Notes under the pieces: generated by a model
What the model saw: the letters and a program-made list of their open reading frames with translations, nothing else
Told to the model about the DNA's origin: nothing
Databases searched by the model: none
From: a virus
Taxonomy: Duplodnaviria; Heunggongvirae; Uroviricota; Caudoviricetes
DNA length: 29,278 nucleotides
IMG/VR virus record: IMGVR_UViG_2778261180_000001
Strand: one strand, 5' to 3'
Translations under genes and position numbers: made by a program
Part shown: piece by piece, positions 17,418 to 25,204 of the stretch
How positions within the stretch are numbered: the stretch's first letter is position 1
How the letters are laid out: each line of letters opens with the position of its first letter

Positions 17418-17846
17418 TCAGGGTTTAAAATCCAGCACCCCATTTTGAAATACTTTATATACTTCCGGCGAAGGGGGGGCAGGTATATCAGCATTCTTTA
17501 TCGCATTCATCGCTTCACGACATAAATCGAGGTCTCCACTTTCTCTTTTAACCTCCAGTAGAAGGCCATTCGGGGCCATATGCATTCTCAGTGTACACTC
17601 TTTTCCTGAATACTTACTCGCATCCCCGAACTGTTTTTCGATGGCGCTCTTGATTTGATGGGCATACAGACGGATATCCTCACTAACATCAGAAGTACGT
17701 TCAGATGAACTCACATACTGTGTCTCTATTGCTTTATCGGAGTAATATGATGTACGGTCATGATAATTTGTCGATACAGCATCAGTGCACCCGATAATAA
17801 TCCCACTAATAATCAACGTAAGAATTGATGCGCTACGAAAACCCAT
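17418..17846 (-). CDS. Lipoprotein with a TolA C-terminal (TolA-III)-like domain, paralog of the previous gene
   Basis: ATG with a GAGGA Shine-Dalgarno; lipobox IIGC. C-terminus YAHQIKSAIEKQFGDASKYSGKECTLRMHMAPNGLLLEVKRESGDLDLCREAMNAIKNADIPAPPSPEVYKVFQNGVLDFKP closely resembles the TolA-III segment ...AGQIKSAIESKFYDASSYAGKTCTLRIKLAPDGMLLDIKPEGGDPALCQAALAAAKLAKIPKPPSQAVYEVFKNAPLDFKP (recalled). Confidence 0.7.
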   Translation of the reverse strand: MGFRSASILTLIISGIIIGCTDAVSTNYHDRTSYYSDKAIETQYVSSSERTSDVSEDIRLYAHQIKSAIEKQFGDASKYSGKECTLRMHMAPNGLLLEVKRESGDLDLCREAMNAIKNADIPAPPSPEVYKVFQNGVLDFKP

Positions 17847-18379
17847 TTTTCCTCACATATGTCATATAGTAAAGGATTATATATACCGTTGTTTTGGACG
17901 CTCAAACAGCGAATCAGATCAAATAAAACGCACATTTGTTAACATTTACACAAAGTCTGCGTGGGATATTCTGAAAGAATATCCATAATGTGGAGAGAAT
18001 CTATTGAAGTGCATGGTGCCGGGTGCCTCCCGGTGAATTCAGTACCAGCACCTGAATCCGCGATTATCCCATATACCTACTCGCTGATTGCCCCTCCGCA
18101 CAGGGGGATTCACCATGCCAGTTTCTTTTAACAAACTCCCCGCAAACCAGAGAACAGTCAACCGCCTGAATTGTGAAGTATTTAAAAATTTCTCCCGCTA
18201 ACTGATACCCGGCTAACAGTCTGGCGTTTTCTTTTTCAGCAACGGGAAAGCAACAACCACCACACCCGCCACCAGCACACCGTCAGCCAGCACTGACATT
18301 ATCCGGCTGCTGCAATGCCATTCACAAAAACAGTAAGCAATCACTTTTTACCGTAACAGGTGATAATCCAGATATGTAT

Positions 18380-18706
18380 CTACCCCAGATGAGTAATCCG
18401 AAGTTCATCCATACCACAGGTCCTGGCTATTCTGTTGTACTCCTGAACAAGAGCAAATAATTCTGAATTAGCAACCATGAACTCATCGCAAACCCTCTGT
18501 ATAGCATCACTATTCAGAATAATAACGTCTCTTCCCGAAAGACGATCAGGAGCACAGAACAAAACTGTCAAACGGCTGAAGGCCTTTGCTCGTGCTGCAT
18601 TGACTATATCAATACGCTGCCTAAGGATGAAACACCCCGACGCCTCATCAATATTCACTCTACCCACACCATATGAATGATAAATATTTAATGCTGAAAA
18701 AACCAT
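18380..18706 (-). CDS. Hypothetical protein (weak call)
   Basis: ORF between the tRNAs and the lipoprotein genes. The internal ATG has no recognisable Shine-Dalgarno and no family is recognised. May be a gene remnant. Confidence 0.2.
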   Translation of the reverse strand: MVFSALNIYHSYGVGRVNIDEASGCFILRQRIDIVNAARAKAFSRLTVLFCAPDRLSGRDVIILNSDAIQRVCDEFMVANSELFALVQEYNRIARTCGMDELRITHLG

Positions 18707-18843
18707 TAGACCGTATAACAAACACTCAATCAATACTTAACAGAACTTTTATTTTTGACAAACATATAATATTTTCAACAATATCCTGAGCCAGGTATAT
18801 TCCAGTATAAGGCTCTGCCGGAAGGAATCTGGAAGAATGAATA

Positions 18844-18920
18844 TGGCGCGCTGTACTGGATTCGAACCAGTGACCGATTGCTTAGAAGGCAATTGCTCTG
18901 TCCGGCTGAGCTAACAACGC
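18844..18920 (-). tRNA. tRNA-Arg (anticodon UCU)
   Basis: Manual fold of the reverse complement GCGTTGTTAGCTCAGCCGGACAGAGCAATTGCCTTCTAAGCAATCGGTCACTGGTTCGAATCCAGTACAGCGCGCCA gives a 7-bp acceptor stem, D-stem GCTC/GAGC, anticodon loop CTTCTAA, T-loop TTCGAAT and a CCA end. Confidence 0.8.
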
Positions 18921-19025
18921 TGAATACCGATAATGGACCGCCATCGGGGACCCGCCCCCCCCCCGCACCAACAACCCTGTTATCGTGTCGTCTGCTCTTC
19001 CTGATAAGCTCATGGCGGTTTGTGA

Positions 19026-19101
19026 TGGTGGCCCTTGCTGGATTTGAACCAGCGACCTGGCGATTATGAGTCGCTCGCTCTCACCACTGAGCTAAAGGAC
19101 C
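19026..19101 (-). tRNA. tRNA with CAU anticodon, most likely tRNA-Ile2 (lysidine) of the ileX/ileZ type; tRNA-Met not excluded
   Basis: Reverse complement GGTCCTTTAGCTCAGTGGTGAGAGCGAGCGACTCATAATCGCCAGGTCGCTGGTTCAAATCCAGCAAGGGCCACCA folds as a cloverleaf with anticodon loop CTCATAA. It is very similar to E. coli ileX as I recall it. Confidence 0.8.
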
Positions 19102-19136
19102 GGGAGCAGAATAATAACGGTCCGTAATTAATTCCG

Positions 19137-19166
19137 CAATAAAAAACCCGCTCGGTGGCGGGTTGT
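19137..19166 (-). terminator. Rho-independent terminator downstream of the Q gene (tR'-like)
   Basis: Minus strand reads AACCCGCCACCGAGCGGGTTTTTTATTGCGG: a GC stem-loop followed by a T6 run, about 50-70 nt downstream of the putative late promoter. Confidence 0.5.
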
Positions 19167-19211
19167 AGAAACTCTTCTAACGTCAGGTATAAAAAGCCCA
19201 TCGTTATGACG

Positions 19212-19239
19212 AATTTACCACAGATTCCGGAAAAATCAA
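19212..19239 (-). promoter_or_regulatory. Putative late promoter (pR'-like) immediately downstream of Q
   Basis: Minus strand TTGATT - 16 nt - TAAATT, just after the Q stop codon. The match is by eye only. Confidence 0.35.
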
Positions 19240-19244
19240 CCTTG

Positions 19245-20066
19245 TTACCTAGTTACCTTTTTTAACTGCCGCTCAGCCCATGCTTCTTCAATATCAAACC
19301 GGGTCACCAGCGCATCATAGAATTTCTTAACTGTTTTTTCCCATGACGCGCGTGTTATCTGGTTTGTCACCTCGCATATAGCATTAAATGCCTCCGTTGA
19401 TGGTAGTCTTTCATAGCCACGACCACCACAACGCTGGCAGTCTCTGATAACAGGCATACCACGTTTTACCGACTCTTCACGGTGAATGGCGACACCACGC
19501 CCACGGCAATCCTTACAGACGGTGGAAACCTCACCCTTTCCGCCACACTCCGGACAGGCAACTTTTACCACCTCCCTGACTTTTTTCCATTCTTCCCAGT
19601 AAGACGGATACACACCTTTCGTACACTTTGCCCATACCGGCGGCTTACCATCCGGATACTGGACCTTGTTTGTAAAAACTACGCTTTCAATAAATTTTTC
19701 CCCATAGCAACAAGGGCACTGCTTTTTACTCGCTGCGCTGCGGGCATAATCCTCAAAAGCGTACGAAGCCATAATGCGCATCACTAACGGTTTTATTTCT
19801 ACCGGAAGTTTTCTCAACGCCGCCACACGATCGCACCGACTGAGTGCATAATCTGCCAGTAATTCTGTTGCCCGCGCCCTGTCATTCATACTGATGCCCA
19901 TTTTCCCCAGGAACGCAGAAAACCCCATCTCAGCCCGATTCTGTGTCATGCCCTGCGCGGCCATCACATCAGTGATACTCAGCGCATCTTTTGACGTTGA
20001 GGCCGATGCATCGGTCAGGCAAGGGGATTTTGGGGAGTAGTATTTCGGTAAATCTTCCAGTTTCAT
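19245..20066 (-). CDS. Putative late-gene antitermination protein Q (long, zinc-finger-rich type)
   Basis: 273 aa with several CxxC pairs (CPCCYG, CPECGG, CKDCRG, CQRCGG). Assigned mainly by position: between rusA and the promoter/terminator/tRNA block upstream of the lysis genes. The start overlaps the rusA stop as ATGA. Confidence 0.55.
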   Translation of the reverse strand: MKLEDLPKYYSPKSPCLTDASASTSKDALSITDVMAAQGMTQNRAEMGFSAFLGKMGISMNDRARATELLADYALSRCDRVAALRKLPVEIKPLVMRIMASYAFEDYARSAASKKQCPCCYGEKFIESVVFTNKVQYPDGKPPVWAKCTKGVYPSYWEEWKKVREVVKVACPECGGKGEVSTVCKDCRGRGVAIHREESVKRGMPVIRDCQRCGGRGYERLPSTEAFNAICEVTNQITRASWEKTVKKFYDALVTRFDIEEAWAERQLKKVTR

Positions 20067-20437
20067 TTTTTGACCTGCTCTTCATGCATTATGGGGTAAA
20101 TCTTCACCCCCAGACGTCCACCAGATACTGGCTGACCACGAACGATATTGATTTCATCAAACTGCTCATCGTCCATTAACACTCCCGCATGCGTCAGCGC
20201 ATCCAGCGGTGCTTTCAGGATATTGTCCAGGTCGCGACGACGCTTATCCGGTGGCTCTGCAATCACCTTTATCGCCAGCCTTCCGGACAGGCTTAATTTC
20301 AGCCGCTGCTGGCGAACAATAAGCGCCACAGCCCGGCGATAACGCTTTCCCTCCTCCGAGATAAAATATGTGCTGCCACGGCGTCGCCAGTAAGTGTTCA
20401 CCGTCGGCGGGTAAGGTAAAACCAAATCTATGAGCAT
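20063..20437 (-). CDS. rusA: Holliday junction resolvase RusA
   Basis: MLIDLVLPYPPTVNTYWRRRG...PPDKRRRDLDNILKAPLDALTHAGVLMDDEQ... matches the RusA signature (RRRDLDN with conserved acidic residues). GAGGTGA Shine-Dalgarno. Confidence 0.85.
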   Translation of the reverse strand: MLIDLVLPYPPTVNTYWRRRGSTYFISEEGKRYRRAVALIVRQQRLKLSLSGRLAIKVIAEPPDKRRRDLDNILKAPLDALTHAGVLMDDEQFDEINIVRGQPVSGGRLGVKIYPIMHEEQVKK

Positions 20438-20449
20438 CACTCACCTCTT

Positions 20450-21499
20450 TTACCCAAGCACGCCAGTTGCAAAGGCGTGATCAAGAAAACGAAAAATTAA
20501 ATCAACCTGAGAACCATGCTTTTCTTCGAACGCCAGAGGATCCGCATGAAGCTCGTTGTGATGCTCCCGACACAGCGGTAGCGTGAAAATATCGTGAGAT
20601 TTTGTCCCCATTCCGCCCTGACCATGACCAATCAGGTGATGGGGATCGTCGGCTGGCTTACCACAACACGCACACGGCTGTGTCTTCACCCAGCGTGTGT
20701 ATTTCTCGTTAACCCAGCGGCGACGTTTAGGTCGTTTCATGAAAGATTCCGGAGACTCAGGATCAACGGCAATGCTGACCACCGTCTTTTCCTGTGGTGG
20801 GTTCTGTTGCTGGTGGGCGTGAGGCAGCGGCGCAAGATTTTTTGTGCGCTGTTTCAGTATGCTGGTGGCGGTCTGCTCTCCCGGTACGATGTCGCTTTCA
20901 CGGTACATTGAGCGGATTTTTTCCGCACGCAACCCCAGCGAACGACGTAATACCGCTTCCGGTAGCGCGTCCGCCACCTGATTGCGGACCGCCCACCAGG
21001 ATAATTCAGCCAGAGATAATTCACGCTCCTGCGTACCGCTTATTGCGTGACCGATGACGTCAATCATCCATGCTGACAGATTTTGATGAGCAAGTTGCTC
21101 GAGTGATTCGGATGTCTGGTCACGCAGCTGGTTGTCGCAGTGCCAGCACAACACCATTGCGCCGGTACCATAACGGTGAATAACGGTTTCGCTGTGATGA
21201 TAATCGCCGTGTGGCCACTGGCAGGATTTAATATGGCGCAACAGCCAGTCAGACAATGCACCAGCACCACCAGCAGCACGAATTACCCGTGCGTTACTAA
21301 AAAACGGCAGCAATGTTTTGTCTTCCGCCAGCGGCTGGCCAACGGCAGGAACGACTCCGGATGGCAGATTACGCATGCTTTTTGGTTCCGGTTCCACCAG
21401 CACTCGAGGATTATGAAATATCTGTATGGATTCACGGCCCGGCTTAAGGACCACCAGCCCAAGCTCAGGCACCAGAACAGGTCTAAGTAATACCCGCAC
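20450..21499 (-). CDS. DUF968-family protein (YdfU-like) with a C-terminal HNH-like Cys/His motif
   Basis: GTG at 21499 with GGAGGT just upstream gives MRVLLRPVLVPELGLVVLKPG... at 349 aa. The C-terminus has CACCGKPADDPHHLIGHGQGG...LCREHHNELH. The family name is recalled from Qin-type nin regions. Confidence 0.7.
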   Translation of the reverse strand: MRVLLRPVLVPELGLVVLKPGRESIQIFHNPRVLVEPEPKSMRNLPSGVVPAVGQPLAEDKTLLPFFSNARVIRAAGGAGALSDWLLRHIKSCQWPHGDYHHSETVIHRYGTGAMVLCWHCDNQLRDQTSESLEQLAHQNLSAWMIDVIGHAISGTQERELSLAELSWWAVRNQVADALPEAVLRRSLGLRAEKIRSMYRESDIVPGEQTATSILKQRTKNLAPLPHAHQQQNPPQEKTVVSIAVDPESPESFMKRPKRRRWVNEKYTRWVKTQPCACCGKPADDPHHLIGHGQGGMGTKSHDIFTLPLCREHHNELHADPLAFEEKHGSQVDLIFRFLDHAFATGVLG

Positions 21500-21500
21500 G

Positions 21501-21779
21501 TTACCTCCAGATCCGTTGCTGGAAAGTGCGGGACGCACGTGGTGGGCGTTCGGAGTAAGGCAATCTGACTGAGATTATCCAGTGACGGTAGTCGAGACTA
21601 AGGGCTTTCTTAACCTCGTATCCGCGCCTGCGGTAACACTGAATTATCCATTCAGCCTGCTCTTCAGTGCATGGAGGGTGTTGGAACCATTCAGACTTGA
21701 ATGCGTGAGAATACCGCTCGTGCGTGCAGGCAAGAACGGGCGAATTATCAGAATTGTAATATTTTACGTTGCGTGCCAT
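21501..21779 (-). CDS. Hypothetical 92-aa protein (nin-region)
   Basis: ATG at 21779 with a GGAGA Shine-Dalgarno; the stop is translationally coupled to the DUF968 gene. No family recognised. Confidence 0.4.
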   Translation of the reverse strand: MARNVKYYNSDNSPVLACTHERYSHAFKSEWFQHPPCTEEQAEWIIQCYRRRGYEVKKALSLDYRHWIISVRLPYSERPPRASRTFQQRIWR

Positions 21780-21845
21780 CGGTTTTCTCCGGTGGCACGG
21801 TGTTACTCAGCGGGAGTTCAGCCCCGCGCAAGATTGTAGATGAGT

Positions 21846-22097
21846 TTATTCTTCTGCAAAAGCTGAAAAGCCTGCTTTTATTCCGATCTCTTTCAGTGCC
21901 TGTAATGAAGTGACAAACTCACCTTCGCGCAAGATAAATCCGTCTGTCACTCGACCATCCACAAAATTAATTAACGCAGCCCCATTCTTTCGCAAACACA
22001 TAATGCGGTAATGACTAACAAGATTTCCATTTTCAACGCACACCGCATAGAGGCCATCTTCACAAAAAATTTTACGCAGTTCTTCGATGTTCATCAT
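21846..22097 (-). CDS. Rem-like small protein (Qin-prophage type)
   Basis: 83 aa, MMNIEELRKIFCEDGLYAVCVENGNL... Assigned from length and position next to hok and the DUF968 gene, as in Qin. The sequence match is from memory and not verified. Confidence 0.45.
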   Translation of the reverse strand: MMNIEELRKIFCEDGLYAVCVENGNLVSHYRIMCLRKNGAALINFVDGRVTDGFILREGEFVTSLQALKEIGIKAGFSAFAEE

Positions 22098-22227
22098 CAG
22101 AATCCTTCCGGATAATTAGCTCTCCCCTTTAAGGGACCATCCCTCTTATCCCTGCGCGCTACTTAAGTATTTTTGATTCTATTCCGGCACCGTCCAGAAC
22201 TTCAAACGCGTTGAAAATAAAAACAAA

Positions 22228-22262
22228 AACCCGCCGAAGCGGGTTAAGTGCGGGTGCGTTGA
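22228..22262 (-). terminator. Rho-independent terminator at the 3' end of the hok transcript
   Basis: Minus strand reads CCCGCTTCGGCGGG followed by TTTTTGTTTTTATTTTC. An additional perfect hairpin GGCGAGGGAtttcTCCCTCGCC lies at 22284-22305. Confidence 0.5.
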
Positions 22263-22313
22263 GGATGCCTGCCACATCAGAGGTGGCGAGGGATTTCTCC
22301 CTCGCCGGGTCTC

Positions 22314-22469
22314 TTACTCCTCAGGTTCGTAAGCTGTGAAGACAGCGACCTCCGTCTGCCCGGTTCGGATTCGTACCTCGCAGAGGTCTTTCCTCGTTAC
22401 CAGTGCCGTCACTATGACGGTTAAACAGATGACGATCAGGGCGATTAACATCGCCTTTTGCTGCTTCAT
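22314..22469 (-). CDS. hokD: Hok/Gef-family type I toxin (membrane-depolarising peptide)
   Basis: MKQQKAMLIALIVICLTVIVTALVTRKDLCEVRIRTGQTEVAVFTAYEPEE is the classical Hok family sequence; AAGGAG lies 9 nt upstream. An in-frame 19-codon upstream extension (MLDTCRLASYVPKGKEKQA) is present. Confidence 0.85.
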   Translation of the reverse strand: MKQQKAMLIALIVICLTVIVTALVTRKDLCEVRIRTGQTEVAVFTAYEPEE

Positions 22470-23540
22470 AGCCTGCTTCTCCTTGCCTTTCGGCACGTAA
22501 GAGGCTAACCTACATGTGTCTAGCATGAAATTGGCCTCAGATTAATGTTAAGCGTCTTGCAGGACGCGTAATGTTAACTGGGGCTTTTCTCTATCTGCCG
22601 TTGGTGTTCATGCCCGAGGCAGATAGCCTCAAGCACCCGCAGCCATTCTACTTAACTACCGTTACCTCGCCAATGTGAAATCAGTCAGAAAGGCGATCCA
22701 TAAGAACAATAGCAAGACAATAAATCGCCATTACAGCCGTAATAGCCAGCGCACATTTGAGAACCAGCACCACAACCTCCTGTATTGGACGTACACCAGT
22801 CCTGATGAATATGAGGCTGTCTCGTCAGTGATTCAATACAACTATTGGGTATAGTTTCTCTGATTTTTTCTGTGGAAATGGGGCTCAACCACTAGTCATT
22901 TAATACGCAAAGTCCGACACAAGCTAACCTTCTAGTCCGCTTTGAGCGATGAGCGGACATCGACTTTAAAAAACACTAGCGTAAACAGGAAGGCAGTTAT
23001 GATCCAGAATGAATACTCACTACCTCTTTGACTAAAATGATGATAAGTGCTCATTTGATGATAATTAACATGTTTTTTAATAATTAAAGCTAACATAATA
23101 ATTTAACGAATATTCTTTGCTTTCTGAATAATAAACCTAGAGCAAACTAAATGACATCACCAGGACTTAACACCATAGGGTTGGTTTCGAATATTCTTGG
23201 CGTGATATTAATTTTTCTTTTGATTACCACAATCCTCTCATAATGAGGGAGTGTCACTGGCATTGGAAGATAATACGCAATTGAATGATGGAACTACTGT
23301 CAAATAAAAGAACTTAAAAACAAAAAAAGAAGTATATTTACAATATCTTTCGTATACTTAGCGTTAGCATTAATGTTCACGGATTCGTATTGCAATTCTT
23401 ATCAATTCTACCTGACTTGCAAATTTAATTGACTCGTAACATCTGCAACCCCACATTTAACAAAAAGCAGATAGAATAATTGAAGGATATAGTCTAGCTA
23501 AGTTAAATGTGGGTGCGTTTTATTTTACATCAATATATTT

Positions 23541-24563
23541 TTAATTTACAAAACCGAAATCCAGACACTTTTTATAGCTGTTAGGGTGAAGATCTTTAAG
23601 GTCTTTTAAAAAACCTTTATCAAGTGTTAAAATCAAAGTGTCTGGCATATTTAGAGAAATAACTATTAGAAAGTCAAATATGTCATTTTTTCGTAATTTA
23701 CGACCATTTTTATATGCATCCTCAACCTTGCTCATTAGAAAGCTCAACGAATTCTTAGTAAGCCCACGAGCGCCAGAAATCCCCTCCTCCATTTCTTTCA
23801 GGTAGTTATCAACTACTGATTCGTGTTTTTTTTTGCAGGCAAGGGATATTGGATTCTCCATATATTTTTTAAACTTTTTATCAAAATTATCATTTTTTAT
23901 ACTATCATACAGATTTTTGAGTCTGTCTTGGCTTCCGGAAATGTTAACTGTGTCAGTTTTAATCATATGATAGTTGACATGAAAAGCATGTAGGAGTCCG
24001 ATAAGCATGGTTTCAAAAGCTTTCAAAGCTGATTGCTGCTCATTTCCATTAATATATCCATTCCGCAACTCATCTTTAAAGAAGTCTAAAATTAATTCCA
24101 TATTAGATTCAAGTAGAGTCTGCACAAGACTAAGTTGACTTTGATTTTGTACATCGTTATCAAACTTGTATCCATCTTCTCTAATAACCTCAAACAAACC
24201 AGAGACAACCAGTATGAGTATGAACCTATAAAACTCAGCCTCTCTAGATATTTTTAGTGCTCTAACATTATCAATAATATCTTTTACTTCGTCTATTTTG
24301 TCTGAAAAATGCAACCTATAAAGAAATTCATTTGAGATTGGAGTATGACCAATGCTAATTAGTTCAATATTTCCGTTTATGATTGGGCTAATGCATTTTT
24401 TTACAGCCCCTAAGTCATTGCAATATTTAGAGATCACTTCTATGAGTGATGGTGTCGTAATGGATAATTTGAATTGATCTATAGGGGAGTTAATTATTTT
24501 TTGGTTTGTCGACAGACCAACTAGTGAGTAAAGAATATTTGTATCAATTATCATCCTGCTCAT
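23541..24563 (-). CDS. Hypothetical 340-aa protein in an AT-rich island; the N-terminus is faintly PIN-like (candidate novel defence or exclusion gene)
   Basis: ATG at 24563 with an AAGGAG Shine-Dalgarno; begins MSRMIIDTNILYSLVG. The whole 22.9-24.7 kb block is much more AT-rich than its flanks. No confident family assignment. Confidence 0.6.
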   Translation of the reverse strand: MSRMIIDTNILYSLVGLSTNQKIINSPIDQFKLSITTPSLIEVISKYCNDLGAVKKCISPIINGNIELISIGHTPISNEFLYRLHFSDKIDEVKDIIDNVRALKISREAEFYRFILILVVSGLFEVIREDGYKFDNDVQNQSQLSLVQTLLESNMELILDFFKDELRNGYINGNEQQSALKAFETMLIGLLHAFHVNYHMIKTDTVNISGSQDRLKNLYDSIKNDNFDKKFKKYMENPISLACKKKHESVVDNYLKEMEEGISGARGLTKNSLSFLMSKVEDAYKNGRKLRKNDIFDFLIVISLNMPDTLILTLDKGFLKDLKDLHPNSYKKCLDFGFVN

Positions 24564-24762
24564 ATAAATGCTCCTTTTTGAACGGTTGATTATTGTTATA
24601 TCACATATCAATGCGCATTAGCATAGTGATTGTATTGTAACGTCCGCTTCTGGCACAAAGCGGACAACCACGCCAGATCTACCCTGTGCCATGAAAAATG
24701 AGAATGTCAATTCACTCCTGAACTAATGCTTTTTAATCTAGTAACGTCTAAAATACCTAACA

Positions 24763-25164
24763 TTATCCCTGATAAAATGCCAGTATGCGCTGCATAACTT
24801 CACTCATCCGGCACTCGCGACAGATTATGTTTAGGCGACTGTCGTAGCGACGTATTTCTCCATCAGGTAACGACCAGATAAGGTCCGGATCAACCACAGC
24901 TGTTTTCTTCACCTTTGCCCTCGATAGTTTTTTGCGGGCGTTTTGCCAGTCCTTACGCGCCTGTTCAGACGGGAATAACCCGTAGCCGGAGTTGTATACA
25001 TCGCCACTGGCTACCAGCTCTCTGGCAAGAACGCTCATCAGATATCTAGTCGCACCTGTTTTAGCTTCCAGTTGCCGTAACGTCTCACGACCGCTCTGGC
25101 GCACGAGTTCCACCACCTGCCCTTTAATTTTTTCCCGCTCTTCTTGTGTAAAAACTTTTGCCAC
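24763..25164 (-). CDS. Hypothetical 133-aa protein
   Basis: GTG start with AGGGGGA upstream. Lies between the replication gene and the AT-rich island. No family recognised. Confidence 0.4.
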   Translation of the reverse strand: MAKVFTQEEREKIKGQVVELVRQSGRETLRQLEAKTGATRYLMSVLARELVASGDVYNSGYGLFPSEQARKDWQNARKKLSRAKVKKTAVVDPDLIWSLPDGEIRRYDSRLNIICRECRMSEVMQRILAFYQG

Positions 25165-25204
25165 AAGTCCCCCTTAAAATTACCTCATGACCTGAAATCA
25201 AAAC

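Noticed and set aside
22685-22888. Cys/Gly-rich 67-aa ORF (…CTSNTGGCGAGSQMCAGYYGCNGDLLSCYCSYGSPF), superficially microcin-like
   Set aside because: It starts at a TTG with no ribosome-binding site. The only internal ATG has its AGGAGG about 19 nt away. It lies in the hok upstream leader and its composition looks like an out-of-frame artefact. A remote possibility only.
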